Of a stretch of 64,000 nt of DNA, positions 33,890 through 52,840 are shown one piece after another. Both the position numbers and the translations under genes were made by a program. Each line of letters begins with the position of its first letter. Positions within the stretch are counted from its first letter, which is position 1. The notes below the pieces were generated by a model that did no database searches, was not told the origin of the DNA, and saw nothing but the letters and a program-made list of their open reading frames with translations. Origin of the DNA: the human T2T-CHM13v2.0 reference genome, Homo sapiens; NCBI RefSeq assembly GCF_009914755.1, contig NC_060925.1. The stretch is one strand, 5' to 3'.

Positions 33890-36800
33890 TTATTTTTGCA
33901 ATCCAAAAACTTTAGGCCTGGACTGTCAAAAGCTGCTTCTCTTCCAATCCACTACCATTTCCTGTTGGAAAAAAGCAAACACTGGGCAACTCTAATGTGT
34001 AACAAAGTACCTTAGGAAAACTGCCATTTAAAGACAATAAACCTTCCAATCCATACCACCGACTAAATACATAAATAAATAAAATAAAAACAATAAACTT
34101 GTTTTAAACTTCTATTTAAGTTTGCCAAGTTCTCCCCCTCAAAAGCATTTTCTATAACTGACTTGGAAATCATTTGGGCAACCATTATTCCCGTCACTTT
34201 CCAAGATAGTCTCTTAATAAAAACTTTTAAATTTAAAAAATTTTAGGCAAGCAATACATTTTGGCTTTTAAAATACCAAAGAAAATACCAGCAGCCATTC
34301 ATAAATAACCAAGCAAATCAACACACTCACTAGATATGGCCCCTCACAAAAGTGAGGGCCGCACTATGTTATTCTATCTAATCTGAAAAAAAAATGCAAT
34401 TAAGACTCATAATTCTATAAAATTACAAATCTGAAAGGAAAATATGGCATTTAGGATTATTAGAGAACATCACTTCAGTTTAAAACAGCCATTTAACCAG
34501 AAAAAGTGTCATCTTTTGGTCTTCTTAGCTACAGGCACACAAAAAGGGCCATCTTCCCCTATTAAAGTTTAAAATTTTATAGCATGTAAGTGTATATATG
34601 TTTGTACACACTCCCACATCCCTAAGTACTTCCAAGTTAGGAAACAGTTACTTATTATGCATGGAGAGAGTCCTCTAAAAAATTTGCCCTAACAACTATC
34701 TTTATTTTCAAAGAATCTTTAAAAACCAAATACACACACGTTAAGACCGCTTTTAAGCAACATGTAAGAAATAAGAAAACTTGTGACACTAAGTGATAGC
34801 TGAAGCATTTACTAATTTCCCCCTTTACTACTTTTTTCCTGTAATGTCTGAAACCCCACAAAGGCAACCAATTTAAATTATTGGTGCCCATAAGGATCAA
34901 CAGATTGATGGTTAAATTAATGACTTTAAGATTGTTGGTATGCTCTAATTCCCAATTTCTGACAAAGTCATAAAGCAGCTGAGGAATTGGTTTTACAAGA
35001 TTTTAAGCTGCTTCACTTTGGTTCTTTCTAAGAAAGTAGAACACCATCAAGACACACCCAGTTGTTCTGCTGCCTGTTAACTGGAGCCAAACAGTAACTA
35101 TCAATCTCTTCAATAGAATTTTGAAGTTCATTCCCTGTAAATACTCAAGATAGACTACAAATATTAGACCTTACACCAAGGTATTTAAATAAATGTCATC
35201 AGTAATAAAGTGCACTGGGGTGGAGTTATGGAACCAGTCCTTGCAATAATATCCAAGCCAAACACACCCAAGTGAACAATAGTTGGCGTCCCCACCCAAT
35301 ATCAAGTTTACAGAATCTTAAAAACGTATTAAACCTACCTAATGAAAAAGACTGACATTTAAAAATGCAAGCTTCTTTTGATATACTTATCTATAACTTG
35401 CAAGCTCACTAACTGCACTAGTTTCAAGGCATTCATTCTTTTTTAGAAAATCCCTGGTCTACACTCTCAATGACATTCTGCTGTCAATTCTCAAGTTCTT
35501 CAAATGGGCAAGAGAATGTACAAAATTAATTCATAAAACATAAACATTAAATATCTGTCTAAAGTATGTCAAGTATTATGTCACAATGTGTTATCAAAAT
35601 CACAGAACACAATCAGGTTAACCTTCCTACTACATGCAGCGACTTTGTTTACAGATTTATTCCCAGTAATCAGGACAGTAGAATCTCAAAACGGGTATTG
35701 TCCATTCAACACTTTTCCTGTATTTTACATGCTTGTATTTTATGCAACTTAACAGTAGTGCTCTGAAATACTGACCTAAGGAAAATGCTGATTGCTAACA
35801 TGGAATAGTTTTCCCATGGAAAGACTCATTGAACGGTGAACCTAAGTCTTGGTTCTAACTTCATGAAATCATTCCCCACATTTGTTAACTTAAAATACTA
35901 CTTTTCAGGTAAGAGCTTATTTCATAGATGGGCTTCATGATCAAAATAACTCAGGCATTTAAACCATGCTTCATGTTTTGAACATTCAAAATGAGTGAAC
36001 ACATCTACCTGGTACACATTATTCGTCAGATTCAACTTTTTCGTGTACTTTCTTAAGCTTAAGCATAGTTTAAATAATTACACAAGTCAGCGTTACTTAA
36101 CACACGAATTAAATGATTTATTTAATTGTGCTAGATTGCCATAAAGCTTAACTGGCTGAAGAGATACTTGGCCTAAGTGATATACATGCTTTCTAATACT
36201 CCAACTGTATTTTTCCTCAACCTATAATTTTACCACAAGAATTAATTATTCTTTTATTCACCACCTAGGACCGAGGTTCTTCATTCCGAGCCTCACAAAA
36301 GTCCTCAAAAAAAAAAAAAAAAACCCTCCTAAAACAAATCCTACCACGAGAAAATTGTTTTGATTTTTAAAATTAGTTCACTGTTACAGAATTCAACTAA
36401 AGCTAAAGAGAAACAACTCCTTTCAGAGAAGCACGTGGCAGGAAGGGGTAATTTCAACTTTCAACATATAAATGCAGCTTTAAAGATTCAGACCTTAGGT
36501 CCAACACCTGCTTGCTATTGATCATGCACGTTCTTATCTCCAAACTGCTTGCTCTTTTTTTTCATCCGCAACAAACTGGTAAAGCGAATGCAAAAATCAA
36601 GACAATCCTGTGAAACTCACAGTGCCCTAGAAACAACTATTAACCGCCAGTGAAACTCTGACCATGCTTCACGCACATGTGGTGGAAAAAAAAAACTGCG
36701 AACTCTAAAGAGCTCTGCTGCGACTAACGCTGTGACAGCCTCTGCACTCACTTCACCCACGAGGCCCAGACCCCACCACGTGAAAGATTCAGTTTGGGGA

Positions 36801-37322
36801 GTCGAGAGAGAGGATCGTGACTCGAGGACGTTCCTCGGGATGTCCTGCAATCACCAGTCTTCATTCATAATTCCCGCTCCTGGTTAATCGAGTGTGGCCA
36901 AACTCCTCCATTTCCCAACGGCTCAACTCACCCCAGCAAGTTATGAGAAAGTCCTAACAGTTGAGAGGTGGAAGAGAAACAAATAAAGGACATGCGGCAC
37001 CCCAACCTGCAGCTTACTCCACACGTCTGATGGCCTGGAACGACCCCCTGCTTTTCAGCGGGGATACTCCGCGCCGTCGTGGGACAAGACGGCAGGACAG
37101 GAGCCTGAAACAACAGCACCTCAAAGGAGCAGCTCTGCGCAGTAAGCAGCGATGGACCCCCAAGCTCCTCCGTAACTACGGAAAGCTTCGGTGAGGGGCC
37201 GGCTTCCCCGCACCTCAGTCCATGCGCTCACCCGCCAAGGAATCCGGCGGGAAGGCAACAGCCTCCCAGGACCTCGAGCGCGCTCGAGGAGCAGCTCATC
37301 TCCGACCACGCTCCTCTGCTCA

Positions 37323-38246
<924 letters not shown>

Positions 38247-41200
38247 TCAGCTACCTTGAAACCAAAAAACCGTGACGGCGTAACTGACTCGCGAAAGTGC
38301 TCTTTGGTTTCACTCACGCCCCCTCGGGCTCAGGGCTAACTTTCCCCACCGCTCCAGGGGGGTCAAGGTGACTCCCAGACCTTACATCTGAGACGCACAA
38401 ACTTCCGGGGGAGGGGGTGTTGCTGAGGCGCCGCGCCGGCCGCGGGTAGGCTGGACCCTGCCTGTGCCAAGTCCGAGCTGCTCAGTTGCTGGAGTGGCCC
38501 TCCGTCAGCCTCCACGGTGAATCGAGGCTCTTCTGTCTAATGTGAGGGGGAATACGTTTTCTCTCGCGGGGACATGAACTAGGGTAGCAGAACTAACCAA
38601 AAAGACAAGTGAAACTATCACATGGGAGCGTGGCGCGTCTTTCCCGGGCTTCTCACCGTGTGGCGGCGGGTGTCGTAGGAGTGGTTAACTCCTGACGGTG
38701 CAGCGCTAGACGCGGGGCAAGCCTCCAGGAAGCACTGTTTATAGAAACCCTGTTACAATTATTCCAATTAATCGTCCGTTCGTGTCCGGCAAGTCAGGGC
38801 TTAGGTGGCTGTGTTGTTAGTCACATGCGCTCAATACATATCATTTTAGAACATTTCGAGTGCATGTGTGCTAGGAGTTGCGGTGAGGGGAGGGAAATAT
38901 TGAAGTCAACACTTAATAATGACAAAGCATTGATACTAGTTGAGAATATTAAAATTCATTAAAAGAATACAATTTGAATGCGTATTTAAGCACATTTGGT
39001 AGCACCGGGTTTAAGTATATCATAATTTTTAAGTCCTTTTCCATTAACACAAAGTAGCAAATGCATCGCTTATTTGGTAGGAGCTATGAATAACCTTGAA
39101 CTCAACATTTTGTTAGGCAAATAGTTTGCCTCTTTTCACAAATGTTGAAACCACTTCAGAGATGAAATGATTTACCAAATTCACACCTCTGTAAGTGCTA
39201 GTGACAGGCATTAGCCCAGTATTCTATCTCCACTAGGAGACTGGACATCAGCTCTTTAATTCAGACTGCCCTGATAGAAAGCAGTCCAATTTTTAAATTT
39301 CCGATATAATTTAAACATTGTTGCGTGTCAGGATATGTAACATGGCGGAATGTAATCATCAATTTCCGAGCAGATTTTAAATCAATTCCTTAGCAGGGAA
39401 AATAGAAGACACGAGTCATATTACATACATGGGGCAGCAAGCCTCCTGGTTTTCTTGTTTCTCAATCCTCCCCTATTCCTCACTTATTTCCCTGCTGCCT
39501 CAGTCCTGCACCCTGCCCACAACGCCCAACCTCAAACACACCCCCTATCTCATCCCCCCTTCCACAGGCTCTGGTTCTGTGGCACCTACCAAGACAAGGA
39601 GCTTTTGACCATACTCTTCCCACCTTTTTGAAATAGCTCAAGTGCAATGTAGAAGATCTCCACATTTTGACAGATTTTCTCTCTTCACGGGCTGTTGCGT
39701 CTCTGAGACTGCCTGCATCTTTGAGACATCTGTGAAAGCTCCTCTTCTTAACTCTTTCTGGCCACGGCCACAGTAACAATATTCATACTAAAACGTGATG
39801 TTTTAGTGTGTGCTTGGTGCACTTTACATACGTGATCTCCTTTAAACCTTACATCAACTCTATAAGAAAGTTATTACTCCATACCTCCCCCCCGCAAAAA
39901 AAAAGTTATTGCTCCTGTTTTAAGATTAGGAAAATGAAAACAAAGAGCTTAAGTAAGTTAACTACTCCTGCCACAATCTGGGGGGTGGGGCAGGCCTGTT
40001 GTTATTCATTTTTCTCCTCCATTACAGATTTCTGGTTTGCTCAAACAGAGCTTCGTAACCACCAAGCATTATTACAATAAGAATATTTGAAAATAAGCTA
40101 CACATAGAGGAATTTTCTGGCTATGAATTTATGAGGTTCATTTATGCTCTTCAGAGAATTTACCTATTAAGATTACATAAAAATGTTATGAATAAGCATT
40201 TGGAGAAAAGGGGAGAATCTTCTATATTTCCAAAAAGTTTTGAAGCCCATTTTTAAAGTATACAAATAAAGCTCAAGGTGGTCTTTTACATCTCTCAATC
40301 GTTATTTTATAACTAGTTATTTTCACTAATGTTTCCTTTATTCTACAAAATTGAAATATTAATTTCTTAATATTAAATATTAAAATGTCTAAAAGTTCTT
40401 GCTACTCTCAATAGGAGAACATCAGCCAAATAAACCTCAAGGGAAGAGAAATTTCCTAGACACTATTATTCAAATTAAAGAAATGATTTATGAAAGCAAC
40501 AAGTGTCAGACGATATCACTAGACATGTGGCCTAAAATGTCATCTCTCTGTAGCAATATTTGAATCACATCTTCTTCTCTGAAAAATACTCATGAAACTT
40601 CACAGTCTTATCTACAAGGATTTTCTAGCAATAAATGCTGAAAACCATGATTAAATATCTGATAGAGTTGCCTAATGTTAACAAAATGGAGAAACAATAT
40701 TGTATCTCCTTCCTTCCTGCCTTCATTTACTTTCAGGATGCTAATACAGTACTCAATTCTCAGCCACATTACAATCTGCTTTCATCCATTTCTTGATAAT
40801 CTCAACCCCGTTATTGTTGCTATAAATAGTAGCAATGACTAACAATTGCTGTACTACATTTTTTTGTACCCATGTTCAGTTGATTCTCCTGCCTCAGCCT
40901 CCAGAGTAGCTGGGATTACAGGCCTGTGCCACCACACCCGGCTAAATTTTTGTATTTAGCTGAAATTTTGTATTTAGACAGGGTTTCACCATGTTGGCCA
41001 GGTTGGTCTTGAACACCTGACCTCAAGTGATCCACCCATCTTGGCCTCCCAAAGTGTTGGAATTACAGGCGTGAGCCACTGCACTGGGCCTACTGTACTA
41101 CAGTTTGAGCATTTATTATGCACTAGACACTGCTAAGTACTAAATACTTTACATGCATTATTTCCTTTAATTTTCAGAATGACATTATGAAGTAAAAGGT

Positions 41201-41709
41201 ATTACTACCTCTATCCCCCTTTTATAGATAGGGAACCTGAGGTTAAGTGCCCCTCCCAAATTCACATTGACTGAAAGAGTCTGGCAGTCTGACCTTACAG
41301 CCTGGGCACCCAGTGGTAACACGGAAGAGGAAAAAGTCCTTCATCTTTACATTGCTACCATATGTAGCAAAATCAAACTATTCTAACAGTTTGGGGACAG
41401 AGGATATAGGCATCACATCAATGTAAGTAGATTAATTTTTAGCGTATTCAATGTATAATGTATTTTTAAAACAAAACCACTAAAGGTGCTCCTTGTGAAG
41501 AAAAGGACAAATCCCCTATGTCTGACAATGGAATGCTAAGTATAATATTGCAAGTCTAGGCTCGTGCTAAAGTTAGAATATCAGAGCTAAAAATAGAAAT
41601 GTTACACTCCTTTTTCCACCTCAAACTCACTTTGAAAGTTGGGCTTCTTGGTTTTAAACTTCCTTTTTTTTTTCTGTGTTATGCTCTTCAAAAAAAAAAA
41701 GGAGAACAT

Positions 41710-43620
41710 AGCTATATAGAGATATAATTCATGTGCTATATAATTCACCCACCTAAAGGATACCAGTTAATGGTTTTTAGTATATTCACAGAGTTGTGCA
41801 GCCATCACCACTATCTAATTTTAGAGCATTTTAATCACCCCTGAAAGAAAACTATACCCATTAGCAGTCATTCCTTATTCCTTTTACCCCCAGCCCTAGG
41901 CAATCACTAATTTACTTTCTGTCTCATAGATTTGCCTATTCTGGACATTTCATATAAATGGAATCTTACAATGTGTGGTCTTTTGTAACTGGCTTCTTTC
42001 ATTTATCACAGTGTTTTCAACGTTCATGCGTGTTGTACCATTTATCACTACTTCTTTTTTTTTTGTAACTGAATAATATTCCACTGTATAAATAAACTAA
42101 ATTTTATTTATCCATTCATCAGTTGATGGAAATTTGGGTTGTTTCCACCTTTTGTCTATTATGGATAATACTGTTAGGATTATTTGTTTGCAGGGTTTGG
42201 GTGGACATATGTTTTTGATTCTTTTGGAATGGAATTGCTGGGGTCATATGGTAACTCTATGTTTACATTTTGAGGAACTGCCAAACTATTTTCCAAAAAG
42301 GCTGCACAATTTAACAGTCCCACCAACAATTATGTGAGTTCCAAGTTCTCCACGTCCTCACTAATGTTTGTTATTGTCTGTCTTTTTTATTATAACCATT
42401 CTACTGGGTGTGAAGTGGTTCTGCTTGTGGTTTTTTATTGCGTTCCCCTAATGGCTAATGATGTTGGGCATCTTTTTACATGTTTATTAGCCATTTTTGT
42501 ATCTTCTTTGGAGAAGTGTCTATTCAGATCCTTTACCTTTTTAAAAACTGGTGTACCTCTCTTTTTTATCATCACATTGTAAGAGTTCTTCATATATTCT
42601 AGATGCAAGTTTCTTATCAGATATAGGACTTGCAGATATTTTTTTTCCCCATTCTGGGGATCGACTTTTCACTTTCTTTTTTTGTTTTTCTCTTTTTAAT
42701 TCTTTTATTCTTTTGTTTTTCTCCCATAGCCAACATCATAAGACTTTTTACTTTGTTGATAGTATCCTTCGGGGCATAAAAGTTTTTAATTTGATGTGAT
42801 CTTTATGATAAAATCCAATTTATCTATTTTTTTGGTCACTTGTGCTTCTATTGTCTTTTTTTGTTTTGTTTTTTGTTTGTTTGTTTTTGAGATAGGGTCT
42901 CACTCTGTCACCCAGGCTGGAGTGCGCGGGCTGATGAAGGCTCACTGTAGCCTTGAACTCCTGGGATCAAGTGACCCTCCCTCCTCAGTCTCCCGAGTAG
43001 CCGGGATGACAGATGCACGCTAGCACACCGCCTAATTTTTTGTGTGTTTTTTGTAGAGATGGGGTTTCACCATGTTGCCCAGGCTGGTTTCAAACTCCTG
43101 AGCTCAAGCAATTCATCCACCTCGCCTCCCAAAGTGTTGGGATTATAGGCATGAGCCACTGCACCCAGCCCTCTATTGTCATATCTAACAAGCTTTTGCC
43201 TAATCTAAGGTCACAAAGATTTACTTCTATGTTTTCTTCTAAAAGTTTTATAGATTTTTACACCAGGCGCGGTGGCTCATGCCTGTAATCCCAGCACTTT
43301 GGGAGGCTGAGGCAGGTGGATCACTAGGTCAGGAGATCGAGACCATCCTGGCTAACACGGTGAAACCCCATCTCTATTAAATATACAAAAAAAATTAGCC
43401 GGGCGTGGTGTCAGGCACCTGTAGTCCCAGCTCCTCGGGAGGCTGAGGCAGGAGAATGGTGTGAACTGGGAGGTGGAGCTTGTGGTGAGCCGAGATGGTG
43501 CCACTGCACTCCAGCCTGGGCAACAGAGCGAGATTCCGTCTCAAAAAAAAAAAAAGTTTTATAGATTTTTTTAAAAATAGTTTTAGGCCTTATAGCTAGG
43601 CCTTAATCTTTAAAAATTAA
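41710..43620 (-). mobile_element. L1MB-type LINE 3' portion, interrupted by Alus
   Basis: TTTTTAGTATATTCACAGAGTTGTGCAGCCATCACCAC..TTGGAGAAGTGTCTATTCAGATCC, a typical antisense old-L1 3' end/ORF2. Confidence 0.85.
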
Positions 43621-43745
43621 TTTTATGGGCCAGGTGCGGTGGCTCACGCCTGTAATCCCAGCCTTTAGGATGTCGAGGCAGGCGGATCACGAGGTCAGGA
43701 GATCGAGACCATCCTGGCTAACATGGTGAAACCCCGTCTCTACTA

Positions 43746-43964
<219 letters not shown>

Positions 43965-44780
43965 TTAATTTTGAATAGTAAAACCAAAAAGAAAAACTTC
44001 AGAAGAAATAGAAGAGATACTGTTATTCATCTTATGCTTCTTTTAAAAATATTTTATTTTAGACATTACAACAGAGCTCCAGTTTTTAAATTTAAATACA
44101 TCCAATGACATTCTGAATGTGGAAAATATATTTCACACTTACTACTATTTATCCACCTTGATAATAAACATGTAGTTCAATATCTATTTATTGAATATCC
44201 GCCAGTGTGTCGAGCACTGTTATGAGCCCTGAGGATTCTGTGGTAAACAAAACAAGCAACCCCTCTGTTTTCATGGAGTTTACGAGCTGGCAGAGAGAAG
44301 CAAAGAATAAGGAAGTAAATAAATATAAGTAAACAAGATCATTTTCAGAGTCATAAGTATAGAGAATGTGCTGTGAATAGGGAACAACTTTTTTATATTG
44401 TATGGTCAGAAACCCTTAGAGGTGAGTGAGGCCTGAATCATGACAAGGAACTAGCCTTGCGAAGATTTGAAGAAACAGTAAGCAAGAGAGCATGAGGTAG
44501 GAAGTTGCTTACAAGTTCCAAGACAAAAAACCAAACCAAACCCAAAGATCTCTGTATGTCCTTAGCCAAATGAACATGAAGTAGGGGAGTGAGCTGGAAA
44601 ACAGAACCTGTGGTGAATGCAAAAGTAATTAAGTCTGTGTGTGCTTTCGAGTTGCTTCTAGTTTTCCTTTTAAAGAAGGATCCTGGCTGGGCACGGTAGT
44701 GCACGCCTGTAATCCCAGCACTTTGAGAGGCTGAGGCAGGTGCATCACCTGAGGTCAGGAGTTTGAGACCACCCCGACTA

Positions 44781-44954
<174 letters not shown>

Positions 44955-45939
44955 TCAATCTCAATAAATAAATAATAAAGAAGAATCCTTCAACTAACAC
45001 AGTAATAAAGTTTAAAATTTCATTTCAACCAATGAACTATTCTGTAAGCAAAATTCTCATGTTATTCTGAGAGGCCAGCTCAACCCATTCTTGAAGGTCT
45101 AACCTGATACCTTAGGTACTGAGAGGGCAAAGGCATTTCTGTTGTATCCAATGGGAGCTCAAACATTGCTTTTTTCCTTTTTTCATAGAGAAAAAGTCTT
45201 GCTATGTTGCCCAGGCTGGTCTTGAAGTCCTGGGCTTAAGTGATCCTACTGCCTTAGCCTTCTGACTTCAAACATTGCTTTTTTTACTAAGAAAATAGTT
45301 TCCTCTCCATACTCTGTTTTTTGGCTTCTGTGAAGTGGATTAGAAGGAATAACAAATAGTGCTGACAGAAGCCTTCTTCATGGTGATGACATTATTTACT
45401 AGGAGCTACCACAGAGGTGGGACAAAACATGTCCAGGTGGTGTCCCTAGAACTGAAAAATTGAAAGAGATAATTCTAAGCACAACACTCAGCCATAGTAA
45501 GCACCTAATAAATGGTAGCCATTATCTCAGTAGCTTTGACTAATCCCCAGAGATATTGCTCTTGATTGCTGGCTTGAATCTCTTAGGTTTTTACTGCTTC
45601 CAGAGGAAACAAATGGTAAGCTTAATAGAGATGGAGCCTCCAGGACTGGCATTCATAGTGAAGATTATCTGTAGAAATTTTGGAGTAAATCGTGTGTGTA
45701 CACAGAGATCATAGGTCAAACAGAGATACAGGAGTGAGGGTCACGAGGTCCTGCTGTCCAGCACCACCACTAGGAGAATCTCCCTTTATTGCCAACTTTG
45801 TAGAGAATGGGTTTGAGTTTATGAAGGATATTCCTTTGTATATTTGAATCTGGGATCTCTGACTTCCTAGAAATTGCATGCAAAATTTGTTCATATTTCC
45901 AGAGTAGAATTTACTTTCATCAGATCATGAAAAGGATCT

Positions 45940-46170
45940 AAGAGCAAATTGACAGAGACAGAAAGTAGATAGGGCTTATCTAGGGCTGTGGAGGGGCCAT
46001 GGGGAAGAACAGCTAGTGATTGCTAATGGTTTCTTTTAGGGTTGATGAAAATGTTCTAAAATTAGATTGTAGTGATGGTTGCACAACATTGTGAATATAT
46101 TAAATAGCATTGAATTGTAAAGTTTAAGTGGGTAAATTGTATGATATGTGAATTATATCTCAATAAAGGT
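45940..46170 (+). mobile_element. L1MB/MC 3' end fragment
   Basis: GATGAAAATGTTCTAAAATTAGATTGTAGTGATGGTTGCACAAC...GTGAATTATATCTCAATAAAG. Confidence 0.8.
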
Positions 46171-46241
46171 TTTTTTTTAAATAAAAGTGTGTAAGACATT
46201 CAAAAGACTAAGAACCACTGCTGTTTAGTATTAACCTCTGA

Positions 46242-46550
<309 letters not shown>

Positions 46551-49500
46551 TGAGCCACTGTGCCTGGTCCATTTTATATTTTCTAATCCCACAACACTCA
46601 CAACTATCATGTACTGAGTGTTTACTATGTGCTAGGCACTATACTAGGCACTCTACATGTATTATTAATATATTACGAATCCTAACAAACTATGATGAAG
46701 GTTTATTAGCCATACTAATCCTGAAACCAACAAATAGTAGAGACTGGATTTGAATTCAATTGCAAGGAGCTCCAAAAGCTCATGCACTTTCCATTATGCT
46801 ATCAGTATTTCTCAGACTTTTTCAACAAAGTACCCATAATGGCTAGAAGGATACAACCTGTGAAAGCAGTGTAAGATACTACTGCGCTTCCACTCTGCTC
46901 TAATCAGTCATCACATTCTAATAATTCTTCTTCGTCTTATCTCTCAAACTTCTCCATTCCAATGGCCAGCAAACCACTGCAGGCCTTTATTTCTCACCAG
47001 GGGTTACTGTAACTGGAGCCCTGACTCCAGCATTCCTCTGGTCTGGATTATCTGATCATATCTTTGCTAGAGGTAAAGCATTCCATGGCTCCCATTACAT
47101 AAGGATCAAGTCCAAACTCCTCTACAAAGCACCGCAGGCCTTTGACAAGCTGGTGCCATTTTCCTTCCAGCCTCCTCATTCTCTTCCTACCACTGCCCCA
47201 TGTACCTCAAGCCATACAGGATTACTTGCTCTACCTCTTCCTGCTTCTGCATGTGCCCCATGCACAGGCACATGCTCCGTGCCCTTTACATACATTATAA
47301 TTCACATTCTGTTCTAGTGATTCATGTTGCAAATTTCTTCTCATCCATCAGGTCTCACCTTGGGCTCCCTTCCTCTGAGATGCCTCCTCCTGATTCCTAA
47401 ACCTCATGGCCCACACGTGCTCTAACATTACCTACTTCCACCCTACTTGCAGAATTTATCACACTGCGTTGTCATTGTTTGTTCCTCTATTTACCTCTTC
47501 TAGTAGTTTGTAAATATTTGTAGTGGGGTATTTTGTTTAGCTGTCATACTCCTAGGGCCTAGTGCTTAGCTCATAAAAATATCTATTGAAGGAATGAATA
47601 TCCAGTACTTCCTACTGGATTATGAGTCCTTTTGTTTCCTCATGCTTAGTATACTTCTATTTCCTAAATATCTGTTTGATGATACCTCATGCTTATTGAG
47701 GATTTACTATGTGCTAGGCAGTGTTTTAAGTGTTTCGTATGGATTAACTCATTTAAAATAATAATACCTATGTGAGGTTAGTGTCATCATTAATCCATGT
47801 TACCATGGGATCTGAGGCACAGAAAGGTTAAACAACAAGCTGTATGAACTTGAGCAAGTAATTGGCAAAACCACCATTCAAAGGAAGCAGTCTGGTTCCA
47901 GTACCTGCTCTCCTAACATTACGCCCTATTGCCTGTGTGTCTGTAAGTGCTTGTCAAACGAAGAAATGAATAAATAGAATCCTTTCCTACTTTGACAGAA
48001 GTAGAAGTTGTGAGACCATTTATGAGAGGAGGAAAGAAGATGTATTAGGAATTGGAATGCACTTCATTTCTCATAGGAGTAATGTCATGGATATTCTTGG
48101 CAATGGTTCAAAATGTGAGTTGGCTGATCATTCTCGGAGGTGGCAGAGCCTGGCTTTGATCTGGGGGCTGTATGAACCCGTTTCTATGTGTTGCTATAGA
48201 ATAAATGCTCTCCCATCAAACCATCACCTTACTTCATAGCCATGGGACCTAGGGCACATTTGTTAGCCTCTATAAGCCTCAGTTTTCTTAACCATTAAAT
48301 GGGAATATAGTTATTAGGGATCTCTTAGGACTGAGGATTCAATGAGTTAACACATGTACAACACTTAAAACAGGGCAGGGCATGCAGTTAAGTGCTCAAA
48401 AAATAAGAAGGAAAAAGTTTTTCCCCTTGGAAAGGGGGACCAGATCCAAATGATCATATCAGTGGTTTATGAATAGCTGCCAGCACCTTTTCCAAATGAG
48501 TAGAAGCAAGAAGAGAAAGTATCCAAATTTAAACCACTTCTACTACTTTTCCACAAGTTTGGGAATTTAACATTAGGAAAGACAAGGCCATTGTAAATGT
48601 TTGCTAAAAGGAAATGTTGGGGACAACACAAATAAACAATAACTTTAGGGATTCTCCACAGCTCCTGAGAGTGTCTGATCATATATTTATACTTAGAGAA
48701 CACCTCTCTTTTGAGGAATCTAAGTAACGTTTTAAATTATACAGAACCTTCCTAGCTCAAGAGCATTCTAAATTCTGTGAACAATTTCAAGAGCCTGTTT
48801 TCACCTTTCTCTCAATCATCTTTTTCCCTCCTTTCCCCTCCAGCTACAAACTTTCCCTCACAAACAACTTTTTAAAATGCGCTGGTAAAATCCTTGAGTT
48901 CCTTTTTGTTTGAGAAGAAAACGGTTAAGGATGAAAGTAAAAGAAAACAGAGAAATACTCAGTCCCTTGGCTGCCTGCCAGGAAAAATGCCAAATGTCAG
49001 AGGCCTTACTGAAAGCTACCCAGACATATGCTGGAGGGACTGGCTCACCACTAGGTAACTCTCCAGGGAAATTTACACCAACAGCCTGAAAATCAGATGG
49101 TTTCAGGAACTCTGTCCCAACGAGATCCTACAACCAAAGTTGATGGTAAAATATTAGGGCCTTAAGCGCCTAAATCAGTCACTAAGCAAGAGCCTAGGAT
49201 TTCAGGTTACGTGCAGAGGATTCAAAAATCTGAAGGCCATATCTCAGGATGGAGAGGCCTGCAGATTTTGGAAAGCCATATCTCAGGATGGAGAAAGCAC
49301 AGGCCCAGGGGCCAGAGAGACCTCAGTTTGGATCCTGGCCCACTACTTAAACCACCTTGGAAATTTTGTGCGAATGGCTGATTCTCACCAAACTACTATT
49401 TCTTCAGCTTTAAAATTAAGAGTAAAACAGTACCCACCTCACAGAGTTGTGGTGAGAATCAAATCAAAAGTTACTAACACATTTAAGTACCCTGCTCAGT

Positions 49501-50681
49501 ATATGTTAGTTACCACTACTAGTTTCACTAACTCTCAACATTTGTAAGTGGAAACCAATGCCTCATCTTATAGCTCCTAGTATGGAGGCTTTTAGACTTT
49601 GTTGGTCTGAGTTTATTTTCATTATGTCTATGCTCATAAATCACCCCAGAGAATCTGGGTGTGTTTAATAACTCGACCATGAATTTCCAGGGCAAAAGAA
49701 ACCTAAAATGAACTGTACTTCCCTTGTACAGTTCTCTTTCCTTCCCTTCACTTGTACTTCCCATGTTTTTTTTGCCCTAGAAATCAAGAATCAAGAACAA
49801 GTGGTATACTTATTAATATCATAGCACCTATTATCTTTCAAGCACCTGATACGTTATTCCACTGTTTTTTTTTTTTTTTTTGAGACTGAGTTTCGCTCTT
49901 GTTGTCCAGGCTGGAGTAAAATGGCACAATCTCGGCTCACTGAAACCTCCACCTCCTGGGTTCAAGGGATTTTCCTGCCTCAGCATCCTGAGTAGCTGGG
50001 ATTACACGCATGTGCCACCATGCCTGGCTAATTTTTGTGTTTTCAGTAGGGATGGGGTTTCACCACATTGGCCAGGCTGGTCTTGAACTCCTGACCTCAA
50101 GTAATCCGTCTGCCTCGGCCTCCCAAAGTGCTGGGATTACAGGCGTGAGACACCGTGTCCAGCCCACTATTCCCACTTAATCATCACAATGGCCCATATG
50201 GGAGTATCATTAATCCTACTTTATAAATAAGGAAATGGAGGCTCTCAGAGGCTTACCTACCTAGTAAATGGTAAAACTGAGATTTATCTCTAGGATTGTC
50301 AAACTCCAAGCTTTCTTTTGTCTCCCCTATAAGGTCTTAGAGCTGAAATCTTAAAGATTTAGCAGTGTAATCTAGAAAAGCTCAATATTTTTACTGAACA
50401 TGAACCTGTAACAAGGGCTCAAAAAGTCATTTGTTTCAGTATCCCCTGACACTATGTTGAGATCAGAGTCCTCCTTAAGCACACTTCTCATAGGCACATA
50501 CTTGTTTTGAGGACCTATCTTTAATCCTACTAGAAATAAGCCAAAAGATAGGGTTCATACACTGAAGCTGCCTTATTCATCCACACATGGTAATGAACGC
50601 CTACCAATAGGGTAGGGCTTGCAGGGAAACCTGAAAGAGGCAGAGCACCCAATCAAAGCAATGAGGCACCCCAAATATCCC

Positions 50682-52840
<2,159 letters not shown>

